Shown one piece after another: positions 32,732 to 47,393 of a stretch of DNA of 64,000 nucleotides. Source of the stretch: Salpingoeca rosetta (lineage: Eukaryota > Protista > Choanoflagellata); NCBI GenBank assembly GCA_033442325.1, contig JAWQFM010000002.1, positions 666,182 through 730,181 of the forward strand, read 5' to 3'. The translations under genes and the position numbers were made by a program. Below the pieces are notes generated by a model. The model was not told the DNA's origin. It did no database searches and was given only the letters and a program-made list of their open reading frames with translations. Position 1 is the first letter of the stretch. The number at the start of each line of letters is the position of its first letter.

Positions 32732-33963
32732 ATGGCTGATGGTGTTCGACGGAGCTCGGCAACAAAGCTGGGCACATTGCTGAGCACACTCAAGAACTGG
32801 GAACAATCAACAGGGCTCAGCAACAATGACAGCAGCGACACACCTACACCCGAAGATGAAAGCTGCAGCACACAACAGCAACAGCAGCAGGTCTGTTGTG
32901 TAGTGAGAAAGTACTTGTGGCTGATCACAGCACCGGGATTTTGTACATCAACTTGGGACGTGCATGCTCACGACGCACGCACACAGATTTCACACACGCG
33001 CACACACACGTACACACGTGAAAACTCATCCAATCGTGCACGCACACACACATATGCACGCTCACCCATTCACAGGCGAAACGAAACACATCTGCAGTGG
33101 TCGCAGCACAGGTTGTGGAGAGCGCAGTGGCCAGAGTTGACGAGCTCGTTGAGCAAGGCGTGTTTGTCGCAGATGCTTGGCACACCATCATCGCTGAGGA
33201 ACGCCAGCGTGCCGATGTCTCCACACGACACGTCCTGGCCATGTATCAGCGCGCAACAGCGGCGCTTCCCCTCTCCAAGTGCAAGCGAACAACCGTCTAC
33301 ATCCAGCTCTGGCTCGAGTATGCACGCCTTCTCAGGTCCGTGACAATACTTGCGACATACGTGTACTACGAGTTGCAATTGCGTGTATTCATGTGCGGTT
33401 GTCAGTGAGTAAGGGTGTGTGAGAAGTGAGTGTGTGCCAGTGTGTGTGTGTTTGTGTCAATGAGTAAGGGTGTGTGAGAAGTGAGTGTGTGCCAATGTGT
33501 CTGCGTGTGTGTATGTGTGCGTGTTCGCTCTTGATGCAGTCAGAACGTGCGCGTGTGCATTGGCACCGTCTGATTTCAGTGCTTGATTACTGACATCACC
33601 AACGTACACGTATTCATCCACGCATCTTGCTCTTCATAGGTTGCTCAAGTCAGACGATGAATGCAAGCACACATTCCAGTTTATGAAGTCTTCGGTACGA
33701 CCATCACAATGCCAAGCTTTCCTTTTCACATTTTCAACAGTGTCCCTTACACAGCGTTGCTTCAACACGCGCTGAACTGGCACCTCGCGAACTCTCACAC
33801 CCATCCATGCGTTTTCTTTCGTTGACAGGGCATCGGCAAGGCGTTCCAGAACTTTTTTCTCGTTCGGGCGCAGTTTGAGGCACAGCGAGGTGAGAGGCTC
33901 TCCCCCCCCCCGCACCTGCTTCAAATCACTGCAACATGCTTCCTGCCTTCGAGCTCTCTCACT

Positions 33964-33997
<34 letters not shown>

Positions 33998-34196
33998 CTC
34001 GCACTCACTTACACACACAACTAACACTGCCACTATGTGCGCACACAGGCAACAGCCGAAAGGCTTCTGAACTGCAACAGCAGGCTGCTTCTCTCCCTGC
34101 AATGAGCGAGGAAGAACAACAGTGGGAGAACAACTTTCAGGCATACCTCACTTCTGCAGAAGGTAGCAATCACACACTCACTCACTCACTCACTCA

Positions 34197-34287
<91 letters not shown>

Positions 34288-37200
34288 ACCGCGCGCTCAC
34301 TCACAAAAATTAAACACTCCACACCCTCCCCCATGAAACACACGTTCGTTCAATGAATTTACTCAACACTACGCCTCGTTATGCTTTGGTCACGCACCAT
34401 GCAGATCGCTCGCAGCGGCCAGCACGGCGCTCATTTGAAACCCCCGCCAAGGCAAGCACCACGATGGACACACAACACGACAAGCTTGTCACGCCAGCAG
34501 CGCCGCCAGCGTTTGCGTCAGAGCAGCAGAACATGACGCCGTTCCCGTCCCGGCCCGCGGGCACAACGCGCCCTCGCCCGCGTGCAAAGAAGGCATCATC
34601 CATCCTCAGCATGGCCATTGCAGAGTACGAGATGGAGACGGGGCGCAGCGCCAAGGCAGCATCTCTTATTACGAGCCCGCATCTCAGCACATCGAGCGCG
34701 AGCCAGCCCACCAGTCCGCTCGCTCCACCCATGCAGCTGCGCCACCACACGGCGCAGTCTGCCCACGCCTCCTTCTGCAGTAGTGACGTGCGCGGCGGAA
34801 GCAACACAGCATCGCCTGCCCTCGAACCCCTGCCCGAGGTGGATATCGAGGTGGAAGATGACGCACTGCAGGACAATCACTCAGGTGACGGCCGCCACAG
34901 TCACAGCGATAATCAACTCAACATCAGCACATCGGCTGAGCGTGGTGCTGCGTTGCAGGGAAACCCTCGCAAGGGCTTGCAGCCACACCAGCAACACTTG
35001 TCAGCAGCGCAAACAGCATCCGCCACCTTGTCTCCGCTCCCAGCAGCGCGACGCACACCACAGCATCCACGTCTCGCTGCCCTGCAGGGTCGGTCGCCAT
35101 ATGCGCGCGGTGTCTCCCCAAACAACCGCCGTGCCCTCATCTCGGTGTTCTCCGACGCAGAACACGAGCAGCAGCAGCAGCAGCAGCAGCAGTGGCAGGA
35201 AAGCAAAGAGATGGAGGAGGACGAGGACGTGTCTGACCAAGCCATGGACACGCGAGGAACAAGCTCCTTCTACCCAGGTGCCCGCACAAGAACAACCACA
35301 GGCAACACAACCACAGGCAACACAAACACAAACACAAACACAGACTTTCTCTCCACCAGCGTGTCGCGCTTCTCGCACACGAGCTCAACGGCTTCTGGCG
35401 GCAGCACACAGTCTGGCATTCTCTCTGCTGCATGCACTGCATCATTCGCCTCCAACGCGTCATCATCGTCAGCAACGACATCAAGCATCGCTTCAGTGTC
35501 GTCGACCACATCGGCTGCTTCCTCTTCGTCGTCTTCGTCGTCGTCATCGTATGCAAGCAACGTATCCGCTGACGACAACTTGTCCTGTGTTGCATCACAG
35601 ACACCACGGTCCATCACGCAGCGGCAGCAGCAATTAACACAGAGACAGCCGCTTGCATCAGTCACACCCAAGCACGCTTCATCCACCCCCTTTCAGCAAC
35701 AACAGCCGCCGCCAAAACAGGTCTCGTATTTCCGCCCAAGCAGAATGCAAGCAGCCCGTCATGCACAACAAGGACAACAAGGACAACAAGGACAACAAGG
35801 ACAACAAGGACAGCAGCAGCAGCCACAAGCACAGCAGCTGCTCACCCCGTACAGAGACGTGCACCAGCGTGCACCACTGCAGCAACTGCACAATTCTGCT
35901 GTGTCGGATGAGGGTGTGAGGCGTCGTGGCTTGCGCCATCAGCTCACGACTCCACGCGAACGCCAGGGCCTGGCGCCTCCAGCCATCCAGCAGTCAGGAG
36001 GTCGTGGTGGTTTTGGCGCGAGCACGAGGGGCGGGCTGAGGCATGCGTCTGGCGCAGTGTCACCTTCACCACTTCACCCCCGCACACGGCAGCCGCTCGG
36101 AGAGAGGCGCGATCCGCGGGGAGGTGTCAGCAGCCAGCAGCAGCCACAGCACCAGCAGTTGCAGCACCAGCAGGGCGTGGCACCGTCGCTGACGCCACAA
36201 CTTCACCAGCCACATCACGACCATCCCCACGACCACCACGAGCATCCGCACGCGCAACATCATCACCATGACCACCATCACCACCACCATCGGCAGCACC
36301 ACCGGCGCGAGCAGCACCACACGAGCGCTGTTGGCGGCGGCGGCGGCAGCGGTGACTATATTGTCAGCGGCGTGCCGTACATCAAGCTGGACAAGATAGG
36401 CAAGGGCGGGTCTGGATTTGTGTTCCGCGTGCTTGATCCCGAGCGCAAGATTCGCGCGCTGAAGGAGGTTGACCTTCGCAACCAGGACGCCGCCACGCGC
36501 GCATCGTTCCTGAACGAACAGCACTTGCTAATGCAGCTGCAAGGCGAGCCACGCATCATCAAGTTGTTTGCCGCTGAGATGGACGAGGAAACCATGGCGT
36601 TTCGCATGGTCATGGAGTGTGGCGACGTCGATCTTGCGCGCATCTTGCAGGACTTGCACCGGAACCGCAGCGCGAGCGCACCCAAGTACCCTTGCATCGA
36701 CGAGAACCACCTGCGCCTGTACATGCAGCAGATGCTGGAAGCTGTTGCCTGCATCCACAAGTACAACATCGTACACGGCGACCTGAAGCCAGCAAACTTT
36801 CTCTCTGTCAAGGGCAACCTCAAACTCATCGACTTTGGCATTGCCAGCGGCATTGAGGTGAGATGCGCGGATGGTGTGTGTGCATTTGTGTGTGTGTGTG
36901 TGTGCATTTGTGTGTGTGTGTGCATTTGTGTGCGTGTGTGCATTTGTGTGCGTGTGTGCATTTGTGTGCGTGTGTGCATTTGTGTGCGTGTGTGCATTTG
37001 TGTGCGTGTGTGCATTTGTGTGTGCACGTGCACATGTGTGGGACAGGCTGTCGTCGTGTTGTTTCGCTGCTTCTCACATGACACCACCTACACATCATGC
37101 TACTGGTGGACACAGGATGGACACACGAGCGTGATTCGCGACTCGCAAATCGGCACCCTCAACTACATGTCACCAGAAGCCATCAAAGCGGAAGAGCGAG

Positions 37201-38136
37201 GAGGCGACACCGCACGCAGGCGATTGCGAGTTGGGCCCGCCAGTGATGTATGGTCGCTCGGGTGCATTGCCTATCTCATGGTATATGGCAAGACACCTTT
37301 CCAGGACCTTGGTCTCTACGAGGTGCGCGAATAATTGTGCTGTGTGCGTGCGCTCACGTGATGTGCCTGTGTGTGTGTGTGGACGTGGTTGTGAGAGCAT
37401 GTGTGAGCGTGTGTACATGCGTTATTGTGAGTTTGTGCTTGAGTGTGTTAATTCGTTGATGCGCGCATGGCATGTACTCGTGTGTGCATGTATTCGTGTG
37501 TCTGTCTGTAAGTCGCGGTATTTCAAACAACGAGCTGGCTTGGTTGTGATTCCATGTTCAATATCACGCCTGCTCATGTGTCAAGACAATGCCGTTGTGT
37601 GCCATCATATTGCGCATGTAGAAACTGACCAAGATCCCCGACTCGAGCTACGAGATTCGCTACAAGCCCGTGGCAAACCAGGCGCTGATGTCGCTGATGA
37701 AGGCATGCTTGCAGCGTGACCCACGGCAGCGACCAACCGTTGAGCAGCTGTTGCAGCACAAGTTCCTCAACCCAGACACGTCATCGTATGCACAGGGCGA
37801 GGGTGTGGCGCAGACGCCCAAGCGTGCGACCCTCAATGTGTTCTCTGATGCAGCCACCCCAGCCACAGCTTCGCAGAAGGTGAGAACCGCAACAGTGATT
37901 TGTTTGTTTGTTTGTTTGTTTGTTTGTTTGTTTGTTTGTTTCACACACCTGTGCATCACACCAATCGCATTCAACATGTCGTCGTCCACGTGCGATTGCA
38001 TTCACGACATTTCTCACACGACTGCTTCTGCTGCTCCGTTGTGGTGCAGAAGCACCGCCGCCCGCTTGGCGAGATGACAAACTCCAACGCCCGCCGCCAG
38101 CCCCTCATCCCAGCATCCCCGATTGCATTTTCGTAA
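32732..38136 (+). CDS. TTK: MPS1/TTK dual-specificity spindle-checkpoint kinase (N-terminal TPR-like domain, long low-complexity middle, kinase); multi-exon
   Basis: [60 protein letters not shown]|...[41 protein letters not shown]-terminal YQRATAALP...[10 protein letters not shown] resembles the Mps1/Bub1-type TPR. Confidence 0.93.
36875..37026. repeat. 18-bp intronic minisatellite (GTGTGCATTTGTGTGCGT)n
   Basis: About 8 tandem copies in the MPS1 intron after ...ASGIE. They produce the spurious CICVRV repeats in the ORF track. Confidence 0.9.
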
Positions 38137-38708
38137 CACGACGGCGGCACTGCTGGTGGTGACGGTAGTTTGGGAGGAGGAGCGAGGCAACGCGAGACGC
38201 TGCTGTTGCGTGTGTGCGGAGTGGCCATGGCAATTGCAAGCGGCCGCAAAACACCCGCACACCCGCATACAGAACCTCTTGTTTTGGTTTGGTGTGAACG
38301 CTTGTTGGTTGAACCCGTGTGTGAAATGATTGGCTTGCTCCTTGCATTGTGGAATCGAGACACAGCCCTGTCTGTTGTCTTTGTTCGATTTTGTGAGTGC
38401 TGGCGTTTGTTATTGTTGGTGCTATGGAACAGAAACCCAAAAGGGGTAAACGTGCATGTCTTTGCAGGCGCGACACAGACAGATAAATGAACGAACGACA
38501 ACAAACCACAGACAACAGACAACCTAATGGAGCCGAAATTAATTGAGCGAGCGTGCGAGCACAACGCCATAGCAGAGGCACGTGTCTTCACAACACACAC
38601 ACACACATACACATGCAAAAACACACATACACACAGACACACACAGACACACACACACAGAAACGAGCGGCGGCCTGGAACGGAGGAGGAGAACAAACGA
38701 AGCACGCC

Positions 38709-39160
38709 TTAGGCTGTTGATGTTGTGGACTTTTCATCCGATAGATTGTCGTGCCACGTTGCAAATGACGTAAAGTCACCGGACAGGGCGCCCACATCGC
38801 CGTCTTGCGGCGGCAGTTCTGGATTGTACCCGTCGAGTGATGAGTCGTCACCAGCACCACCATCGTCATCGTAGTCCTCGCCCCTCTCCATCTCAAGAAC
38901 GGGCGAACTGCTTCACAGGGACAACACGCGGCGCAGACGGCAGCGAGCACAGGCGTGCGTAGGGTGAGGGGAGGCGGAGGGGGACGTGAAGATGGTGGAG
39001 GTGGTGGTGGAAAGTGCAGAAGAGAGCAAGGCATATTGAGAGGGAAAGAGCGAAATGCATACGGATGTGCGGGAAGACGGACAAATAAGCAGAACCAGGC
39101 AGAGAAGCAGACACACAGATGCACACACACACACACACACAGACGCACACACACGCACAC

Positions 39161-39208
<48 letters not shown>

Positions 39209-40227
39209 CACACAGACAGACAGCCACACGTACGAGAGCTCCCGCAGTTGGTTGGATCTTCCGGCAAAGAAATCTGCGACAGTGGCCTTGACTTCAGACC
39301 AGTTCCTGGTGCCTTCCATATTGGATGGTGCAACGGAGAGGACTGGGCGGATGTACTTGCCATCGATGCCCTGCCACGCCGCGGCAAGCCAGCCCTTGAT
39401 GGGCTTGCTTTGGCGTGGTGGCGATTGTGCGTCTGAGCTCGAACTATCAGCCACGTGCATGCTTCACGAGGAAAAGGGAAGAGGGGAACGTGGGCGCACG
39501 AAGACGAACAGAAATGGAAAAAGGGAAGTGATTGTGAGGCGAGGGTGGGACGAAGGATACCGTATGCGCGAGCAATGTTGTACATAACAACGCACATGCG
39601 AGTGAGTGAGTGAGTGAGTGAGTGAGTGAGAGTGAGTGAGTGAGTGACGTACGGGACTTTGAGAGCCCTAAGGACGGCCTCTGATGAGCCACCCAAAACG
39701 AGGACCGTGATGAGCACAATCACCAGCGTTGTCGACAGAATCGTCTGCATCACCCATCAAGGCGAGCGCAATAGAAGACAGGCAACAGTTGAGTGGCACA
39801 TCTCACTTTGATGGCATGCTTGCAACAACGTAGCATCACATTCAACATTCGTGGTAGACGCACATAACAAAGCACAGCCAGAGACAGACAGCCAGGCGGA
39901 CACAGACAGACAGTCACAAACAAACACTCAGACACACAGACACCCACCCACACAAACGCCCACCTGGTGTGCAGCGCTGCTTGTGTTCTGCATGGCGAGC
40001 GCGACGGCGACGGCGCCACGAAGACCGGCCCACCACAGCATCGCCTGGAAGTTGAACGGGATCTTCTGGCTCGCCTTGCGCCGCAGCTGTCAGCGCAGGC
40101 GTGTGGCAAGTGGGCATTTTGGGTATGAGGTGATGTTGAATGAACACGCATGCCAGTAGCTGTATAATTGGCGAGAAACATCACACAAACACATGCGCAG
40201 ACAGACAAAAATGCTACACGGGGGTAT

Positions 40228-40266
<39 letters not shown>

Positions 40267-40490
40267 CACACCTTGTTGGCGACCCATGAGAGGGGAAACA
40301 CGTGGAGGAGACGGGAGGCGAGAACAGCAAAGACGGCCCACGCAATGAACCCCGCGTTCCACTTGTGGCACTGCACCAGCAGCGAGGCACAAACGTTTGC
40401 GTGCCTTTGTGAGAACACCCACACTTGCTTGGAAAAAGTGCACATCAATCGCACGCTCTCGAGAGCGACATGAAGCACACCAGCATGCAG

Positions 40491-40574
<84 letters not shown>

Positions 40575-40925
40575 CAGCGCGGGCGGTGCGACGATTACCT
40601 TGAAGGTGAAGAAGTTGAGGCCGACGTATGCAAACACGAAATTCTCGGCAAGAAAGTTGAGCAGCTGAAACACGTTGACGGTGCGTTGCTTGGACTCGTC
40701 GCTCAAGCACGGGAACGTGTAGTGCGCCTGCAGTTGTGGTGGTGTTGGGGGCGTTGATGCAAGGCGGTGTTGCAGTTGCAACGTGAGCGCTATAAAACAT
40801 CCCCCAACGCACGTTGCTGTTGGGCATGGAAGGCAGTCCGTACACGAGACACCGCCGTCAACCAAATACGCTGCAAGACCACAACATCATCATCACACAG
40901 CACAACACGGCAGCTGCGCTTGACG

Positions 40926-40998
<73 letters not shown>

Positions 40999-42219
40999 GT
41001 CCAATGCCGCAAAAGAGGATGCTGACAATGCCGGAGAGACCAAACCCTTCGCCCATCAGGAACGCCGTGTACGACAGCATAACAAAGAGCGCCGTCTCCA
41101 GCAGTGGGTAGCGCTGTGTTTGTGTGTGTGTATTTGTGTGTATGAGGTCGGAGGAAATGAATATCACATGTGTGCAAAAGCACAGAGCATTGTGGCTGTT
41201 GTGAGAGGATGTGTGTGTGCGTGCAACCGACCTTGATGCCGCTGTACTTGAAGAGGATGGACGAGGCCATGGCCAGCACCATGCCGCACGCCAGCGATCC
41301 AAAGAAGATCAGCTGCGTATGCGCACGCACCGCGCGCGTGCAGCAGTGCGAGGTGAGATTGTGTGTGTGAGAGTGAGTGAGATAGTGTGTGTGTGTGTGT
41401 GTGCAAGTGTGGTGTGCGCGTGTGTGTGTGCAAGTGTGGTGTGGGCGTTAAAATGGATGAGGTTGAATAGTTGAGCAGGACAGGGCAATGCTTGCGACTG
41501 TACACATTTACGTGCATGCGCTGTGACCACACACCAGAAAGACCCAAACGGAGTAGAAGAAGCTTCCAACTGTGAGCTCGTTGTTCAGCTCGGGTTTGTA
41601 TTCCCCAATGGATCTGAGGGATACCGTGCCGTGTGTCGTGTGTCGTGGATTGTGGATTGTGGATTGTGGATTGTGAATGATGTGCGGAAAACACGTTAGT
41701 GCCCAGTGTAGTGAGTTGCGTGGTGATGTACGGGTGCGAGCAACACGTAATGACGCAACGCCAAGCGCTGCGTGTGCGCACCTGAAAAGGACGATGGCGA
41801 CGGCGTCGTTGAGTACACTCTCGCCAAACACCATCGCATACAGCCGGTTGTCCACGTGTAGATCGTGGAAGATCGCCAGCACCGTCACTGTACGCAGCGG
41901 AGGTGGAGGAAGGGAGAAGGTGGATATGGGACGGTGGAGGGGAAGGGTGAGAGATGTGATGCATATACCCGGAGCAAAGCACTCACACACAGACACAGCA
42001 ACAAACACAGCAACGAAACCCACGCGTCCACACAGAGCTTCAAAGCGCACACCAGGGTCTGTGGCGGAGATGATGGCGCCAAAGAGGAAGCAGTCGTTTG
42101 TGGTGAGCGGCGTGGTGGCGATGTACTTGGAGTAGAACAGCACTAACGCCCTGTCATACACACACGCACACACACACACACACACGTACACACACACACA
42201 CACGCGCGCACGCACGCAC

Positions 42220-42254
<35 letters not shown>

Positions 42255-43943
42255 GTGAGACATGAATGTGACCGCGGATGTACAATGTGTGTTTTCGACG
42301 TTCCATGTCTGTGTTTGCAGTTGTGTAATTGTGTGCATGAAAGCATAATGTTGTTGGTGCGTGCACGCGTGTGTGTTGAATGCCCCTTTCGTGAGTGCAG
42401 CTGCAGTCATTGTACCCGGTGACAAAGCAGACGATGGTCGTGCCGATGAAGGTGAACAGCAGAATCACGCCCAAGTTGCGGAAAAAGTGTTTCTGTAAGC
42501 AATAGCAACGACGACGACAGCAGCATGGGCGGCGTCAGAATCTCTTCGTGAAGCTGTCAACACTGTGACGCGCAAGCAACACGTACGCGCGCACGCACAT
42601 ACACACGCGCGCACACATCCACACACGCACACACACATCCACATGTACACGCCTGTTTGAGGTCGTAGCCTGCAAAGAAGATGATTGGTGGCAGGAGAAC
42701 GTAGAAGAACACTTCGGGGTCAAACACCGCCTGTCATCGCGATGGAAATCGAAAACGAGACGCAAACATGGGCGCGGTGGTGACCAGTGCGCATGTGAGC
42801 GGATGCGAGCGAGTGCATGTGGTGGACGGAGAGCGAGTGCGTGTGCGCGTCCCTTGTTTGTGTGTGTAACTGCCTGTGCGTGCGTGCGTGCGTGTGCTTG
42901 TGTTGTGTATGCTTTCGCGTGTCTGTCCGTGTGTGTGATGCGGGTTGTGCTGTTACTTCGTCTTCGACGGTCTCCACTTTGGGTTGCATGGGCGTGGACG
43001 GCTGTGCGTCTCGGTTGCACAGCGCGTCATGCGAATGACCGGGCTGGTTTGACTTGGTGGCAAGGTCCAGCAGAAAGCCGGCGATCAACCCTGCAACGCC
43101 GCGCGTGAGATGGGTGTGTGTGTGTGTGTGTGAGTGAGTGAGTGTGTGTGTGTGTGTGAGTGAGTGTGTGAGTGACAGTGAGTGAGTGAGTGTGTGAGTG
43201 ACAGTGAGTGACAGTGAGTGAGTGAGTGTGCATTGTGCGCATATGTGCATTTGTGTGTGTAATTACATCACGCGTTCTGCCAGGGCACAAGAAGTTCGTG
43301 GTCAATACCAATGATGAGGGAAACGCCTGTTTCGTGGAGAAAGAGGTAGCGCTTGACTTTGAATCTCCAAATCACGAGTGTGGTCAAGAAGAGCAGCAGA
43401 ATCAGCAGCTACAATAAAGGGTGCAGTGCATGTGCAAAGAAAATGGGGCGTGAGATCACAAACCCTTATGTTGTGTTGATTCCCGAACAGCACAGCCAAC
43501 GCTGCTGCACTCGGAAAAAGCTTCCCGCTTCCTTCTCCAACACAGACACACCCAGGCGCACATACACAAGCAAGCAGACAGACAAACACACACACACACA
43601 CACACACATGCACACTTCACCGTCAGCCCCCTCTGCTGTGGCTTACCAAGAGTACTTGGCTGTCGATGGCGTGCTGCTCCTCGGAAACAAGCTCGCTGTC
43701 AATGGTCGTAGTGGTGGTGTTGGCGGTGGTCGTTGTCGCGGTTGTGCCCTCCGTGGTGGCTGCTGCATGGGCAACAGAGGCGAAAACAGGCAAGACGCAG
43801 GCGACGCACAGCCAGCTCACTGCAACAATCCCCAACGCCGCCTGCCACCACGGTTGTCGCTGGGGCCGTGGCCTTCTTCTTGTCTTTGGCGTGTGCGACT
43901 CGCGCTGCCGGTAGCGCCCATAGTGGTCGTGTGCGTGCTCCAT
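38709..43943 (-). CDS. Na+/H+ exchanger, endosomal NHE6/7/9 (Nhx1-like) clade; multi-exon; in-frame upstream ATGs at 44048 and 44054 are possible
   Basis: [50 protein letters not shown]|[13 protein letters not shown]...[59 protein letters not shown]. Confidence 0.92.
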
Positions 43944-44206
43944 CTGCTGATCTTCTTCTTGCTGCCTGTCGCCAACCCGAGCACGACTCTGCCTCCAATC
44001 ACCATCAGCTGCAACCCGCACAGCACCACCCAGTGCTGTCGCCTGCATCGTCATCACCCACACACAACGTTCGCTTGTTGCTTTCTTTCTTTGCTTGATT
44101 TGTTTGGCAGCAGTGTGGGTGTTTGTGTTTGTTGAATGGCAAAATTGACTTACGGCTGAAGTCATTTTTGGCTTTTGGAAAGGAACACGTCACACACAGA
44201 GACAAG

Positions 44207-44435
44207 ATGAAGGCGGTGCTGGTTGTGGCGTGCTGCTTGTTGCTGCTCTCAGCAGTGGCTCTCGCAGAGTAAGTAAGCCAGGGCACGCGCTGTGCTCCGC
44301 GTATGTGTGTGCTGTGTGTGTGCTGTGTGTGCTGTGTGTGCTGTGATGGGTGTGGCGTGCACACGTGTGTGCATGTGCATAGGGCAGACCGCGCGCCCTT
44401 GGCACTGGATATGCTCAGTTGTCCGCTCTGCATGC

Positions 44436-44466
<31 letters not shown>

Positions 44467-45608
44467 TCTCTCTCTCATTTTTGCTTGTTTCGCGTGCGGA
44501 CAGTCGTGATTTCTACAAGATCCTTGGTGTGAAGCGGTCCGCGTCCAAGCGCGACATCAAGAAGGCCTACCGCAAGCTCGCCATTCAATACCACCCCGAC
44601 AAGAACCCAGACAACGAAGAAGCCGCACAAAAGTTCCAGGTGTGTGTGTGTGTGTGTGATTGGTTGTGGTTGTGGTGGTGTTTGTTTGCTTGTGCGTGTG
44701 TGGTAGTGTGCATACTTTAATTCATCTGCCCATGCATGTGTGTGTGTGTGTCTTGCGAGAGCCTCGTGCATTGCCGTTTCCCTGCTTCCGCAAGCCTGTT
44801 TGCTGATCGCATGTTTCGTTGTTGCTCCGTAGGACATTGGCGCTGCGTATGAGGTGCTCTCCGATGAGGAGAAGCGCAAGATTTATGACAAGCATGGGGA
44901 GGAAGGCCTGAAGAACGCTGCCGGCCAACAACATGACCCGTTTGATATGTTCTCGAGGTGCGGATTGTGTGCCTTCGTTTTGGCAAATGCCACTCGCTTT
45001 GTGGCTTGGTGGCTTGCTGTTTCTGTGCGCCAGCTGTGTGCTGACTTAATGTGTTGCTCACAACAGCAGACGCGACAATGCCTACCCTTTCGCTGCTCAC
45101 ACCCGCTTGCTCGTCACTGTTTCGTCGCTGCAGCATGTTTGGGGGCTCGTTCTTTGGATTTGGCGGGAACCAACGCCGGGAGCGGGAGACGCCAAAGGGC
45201 GCAGACGTCGTCCTTGACCTCGCCGTCTCCCTCGAGGACCTCTACAACGGCCAGTTCTTCGAGGTGTGTGTGTGTGTGTGTGTCTGCTTGTATATGCGGC
45301 TGTGTGTGCTTGTATGTGTGCTTGCATGTCTGCGTGTGTGTCTGCGCGTGTGTGTATGTCTACGTGGGTATCTATTTGCATGTCTCCGTGGGTGCCTACG
45401 TGTGTGATTCTCTTTGTGCATGCTTCTGTGCTCCTCCTCCTGCCGCCTCACTCACTCCCGCCGTGTGTTGTGCGATTGTTGTGATGGGCGCAGATTCTGC
45501 ATGCCAAGCCCGTGCCCAAGCCCACATCCGGCACGCGCAAATGCAACTGCCGCATGGAGATGAAGACTCAGCAGATTGCACCGGGCCAGTTCCAGGTTCG
45601 CCTCCTCA

Positions 45609-45659
<51 letters not shown>

Positions 45660-46482
45660 TATGTGTGTTGGGGTGAAGAGGGGTGAAATGGAGTGATCGT
45701 GTTCTTCAACATGGCGTGCGCACCCATATCGTGTTGTAGTTTATGCGCGCTCACCTTGCGTACTTTGCGCTTGCTCTCACCAGATGATGAACGCCCAAGT
45801 TTGCGACGAGTGCCAGAACGTCAAGTGCGTGTGACCATGGCTTTATCGCGTGTGCTTTGCTGTGTTTGAGACAGCTTGCATGCGCCACCACACCCTTCTC
45901 CCCGCCAACAATATGTACTCACTCATGTACATGCGGCTACTTCTTCCGTCTTGTGCTTTGCTGTGTGTGTGCGTGTGTGCGTGCGTGTTTAGGATGGTGA
46001 TTGAGCACGTTGAGCTTGACGTTGAGGTTGAGCCTGGGATGGTTGAGGGCCAGGAGCTTGTCTTCACAGCGGAGGGCGAGCCCCACATTGATGGCGATCC
46101 AGGCGACCTCAAGTTCCGCATCCGCACGCAGGTCAGCAGGGCGTGTGTGTGATGTGTGTGATGTGTGTGATGTGTGTGTGTGTGTGATGTGCGCGCGCGC
46201 GCGTGTGTGTGTGTGCGTGCGTAGTAACACGTGCTTGATGTGAGTTGTTCTTGCAACCACCCACGACCGCCCATGTCATTCTCATGAAGTCAATACCACC
46301 CCCAACTGTGTGCGCGCGCGTGTATATGCGTGGAGCAGAAGCACCCGCGCTTCCAGCGGTCGGGCAACAACCTGCTGACCAACGTCACCATCTCCCTTCG
46401 CGACTCCCTTGTCGGCTTCAGCATGGAGATTGAGCACCTCGACGGTGAGCATGACAGAAACAAGGGGGTTTTGTGTGTGTTT

Positions 46483-46521
<39 letters not shown>

Positions 46522-47114
46522 CGTGCGTGTGTGTGTGTGCGTGCGTGTGTGTGCGTGCGTGCGTGTGTGTGTGCGTGCGTGCGTGCGCCTTTGTGTACGG
46601 CTGCATGCCTCTGCTCTCTATGCGCGTGTGTTGTATGCCAGCCACGACATCAACTGACCCCCCCCCCCTCTTCCTGCCGCAATCCTCTCACCACCAACAA
46701 CCTGTATTTGCGATGCCGTTGGCGTTGGTGCAGGGCACAAGGTGACGGTTGAGCGCAAGGGCATCACCCCACACGGTACCGTCCATCGTATCAAGGGCGA
46801 GGGCATGATGCAATACGACAACAACCTCGTGGTAGGTCAACTCATGCCACCTTGTGCATGCGTGTGTGTTTGTTCGTGTTTGTGTTTTTTTTTGTGCGTG
46901 AGCTGTGTGATTGTGTGTGTGTGTACGCGCGTGTGCACTGTACGCCTGCGTGCAGCGTGCTGGGTACATGCAAGCATGCTCGCCTCACCGAGTTGTGATT
47001 GTGGATGGTTTAGATTGGCGACTTGTACATTACCTTTGACGTGCACTACCCTGAGCGCCAGTTCACCGAGGACGAGGCCGACAGTGAGTACTTTGCCTGT
47101 TCGATGCGCGCATA

Positions 47115-47207
<93 letters not shown>

Positions 47208-47393
47208 GTGTACACATTTGGAGACAGTCGTGCAACTTCGATACGTATCTACATCATCCACGCCTGCAATCATCTCACGGCCGGGTTTTATGTTGTCCTA
47301 CCTTTGTTCCTGACAGGGTTGATTGAGTTGTTGAGGCAGGATAGCTCACAGCAGATTTACAACGGACTGGAGGCCCAGTTTGTGCCCAAATAG
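44207..47393 (+). CDS. DNAJB11: ER Hsp40 co-chaperone ERdj3; multi-exon
   Basis: Signal peptide [21 protein letters not shown]-domain RDFYKILGV...[18 protein letters not shown]...PGQFQ|M...[22 protein letters not shown], and C-terminal IYNGL. Confidence 0.96.

Noticed and set aside
33405-33495. Duplicated TGAGTAAGGGTGTGTGAGAAGTGAGTGTGTGCCA segment
   Set aside because: Simple local intronic duplication in TTK with no sign of function.
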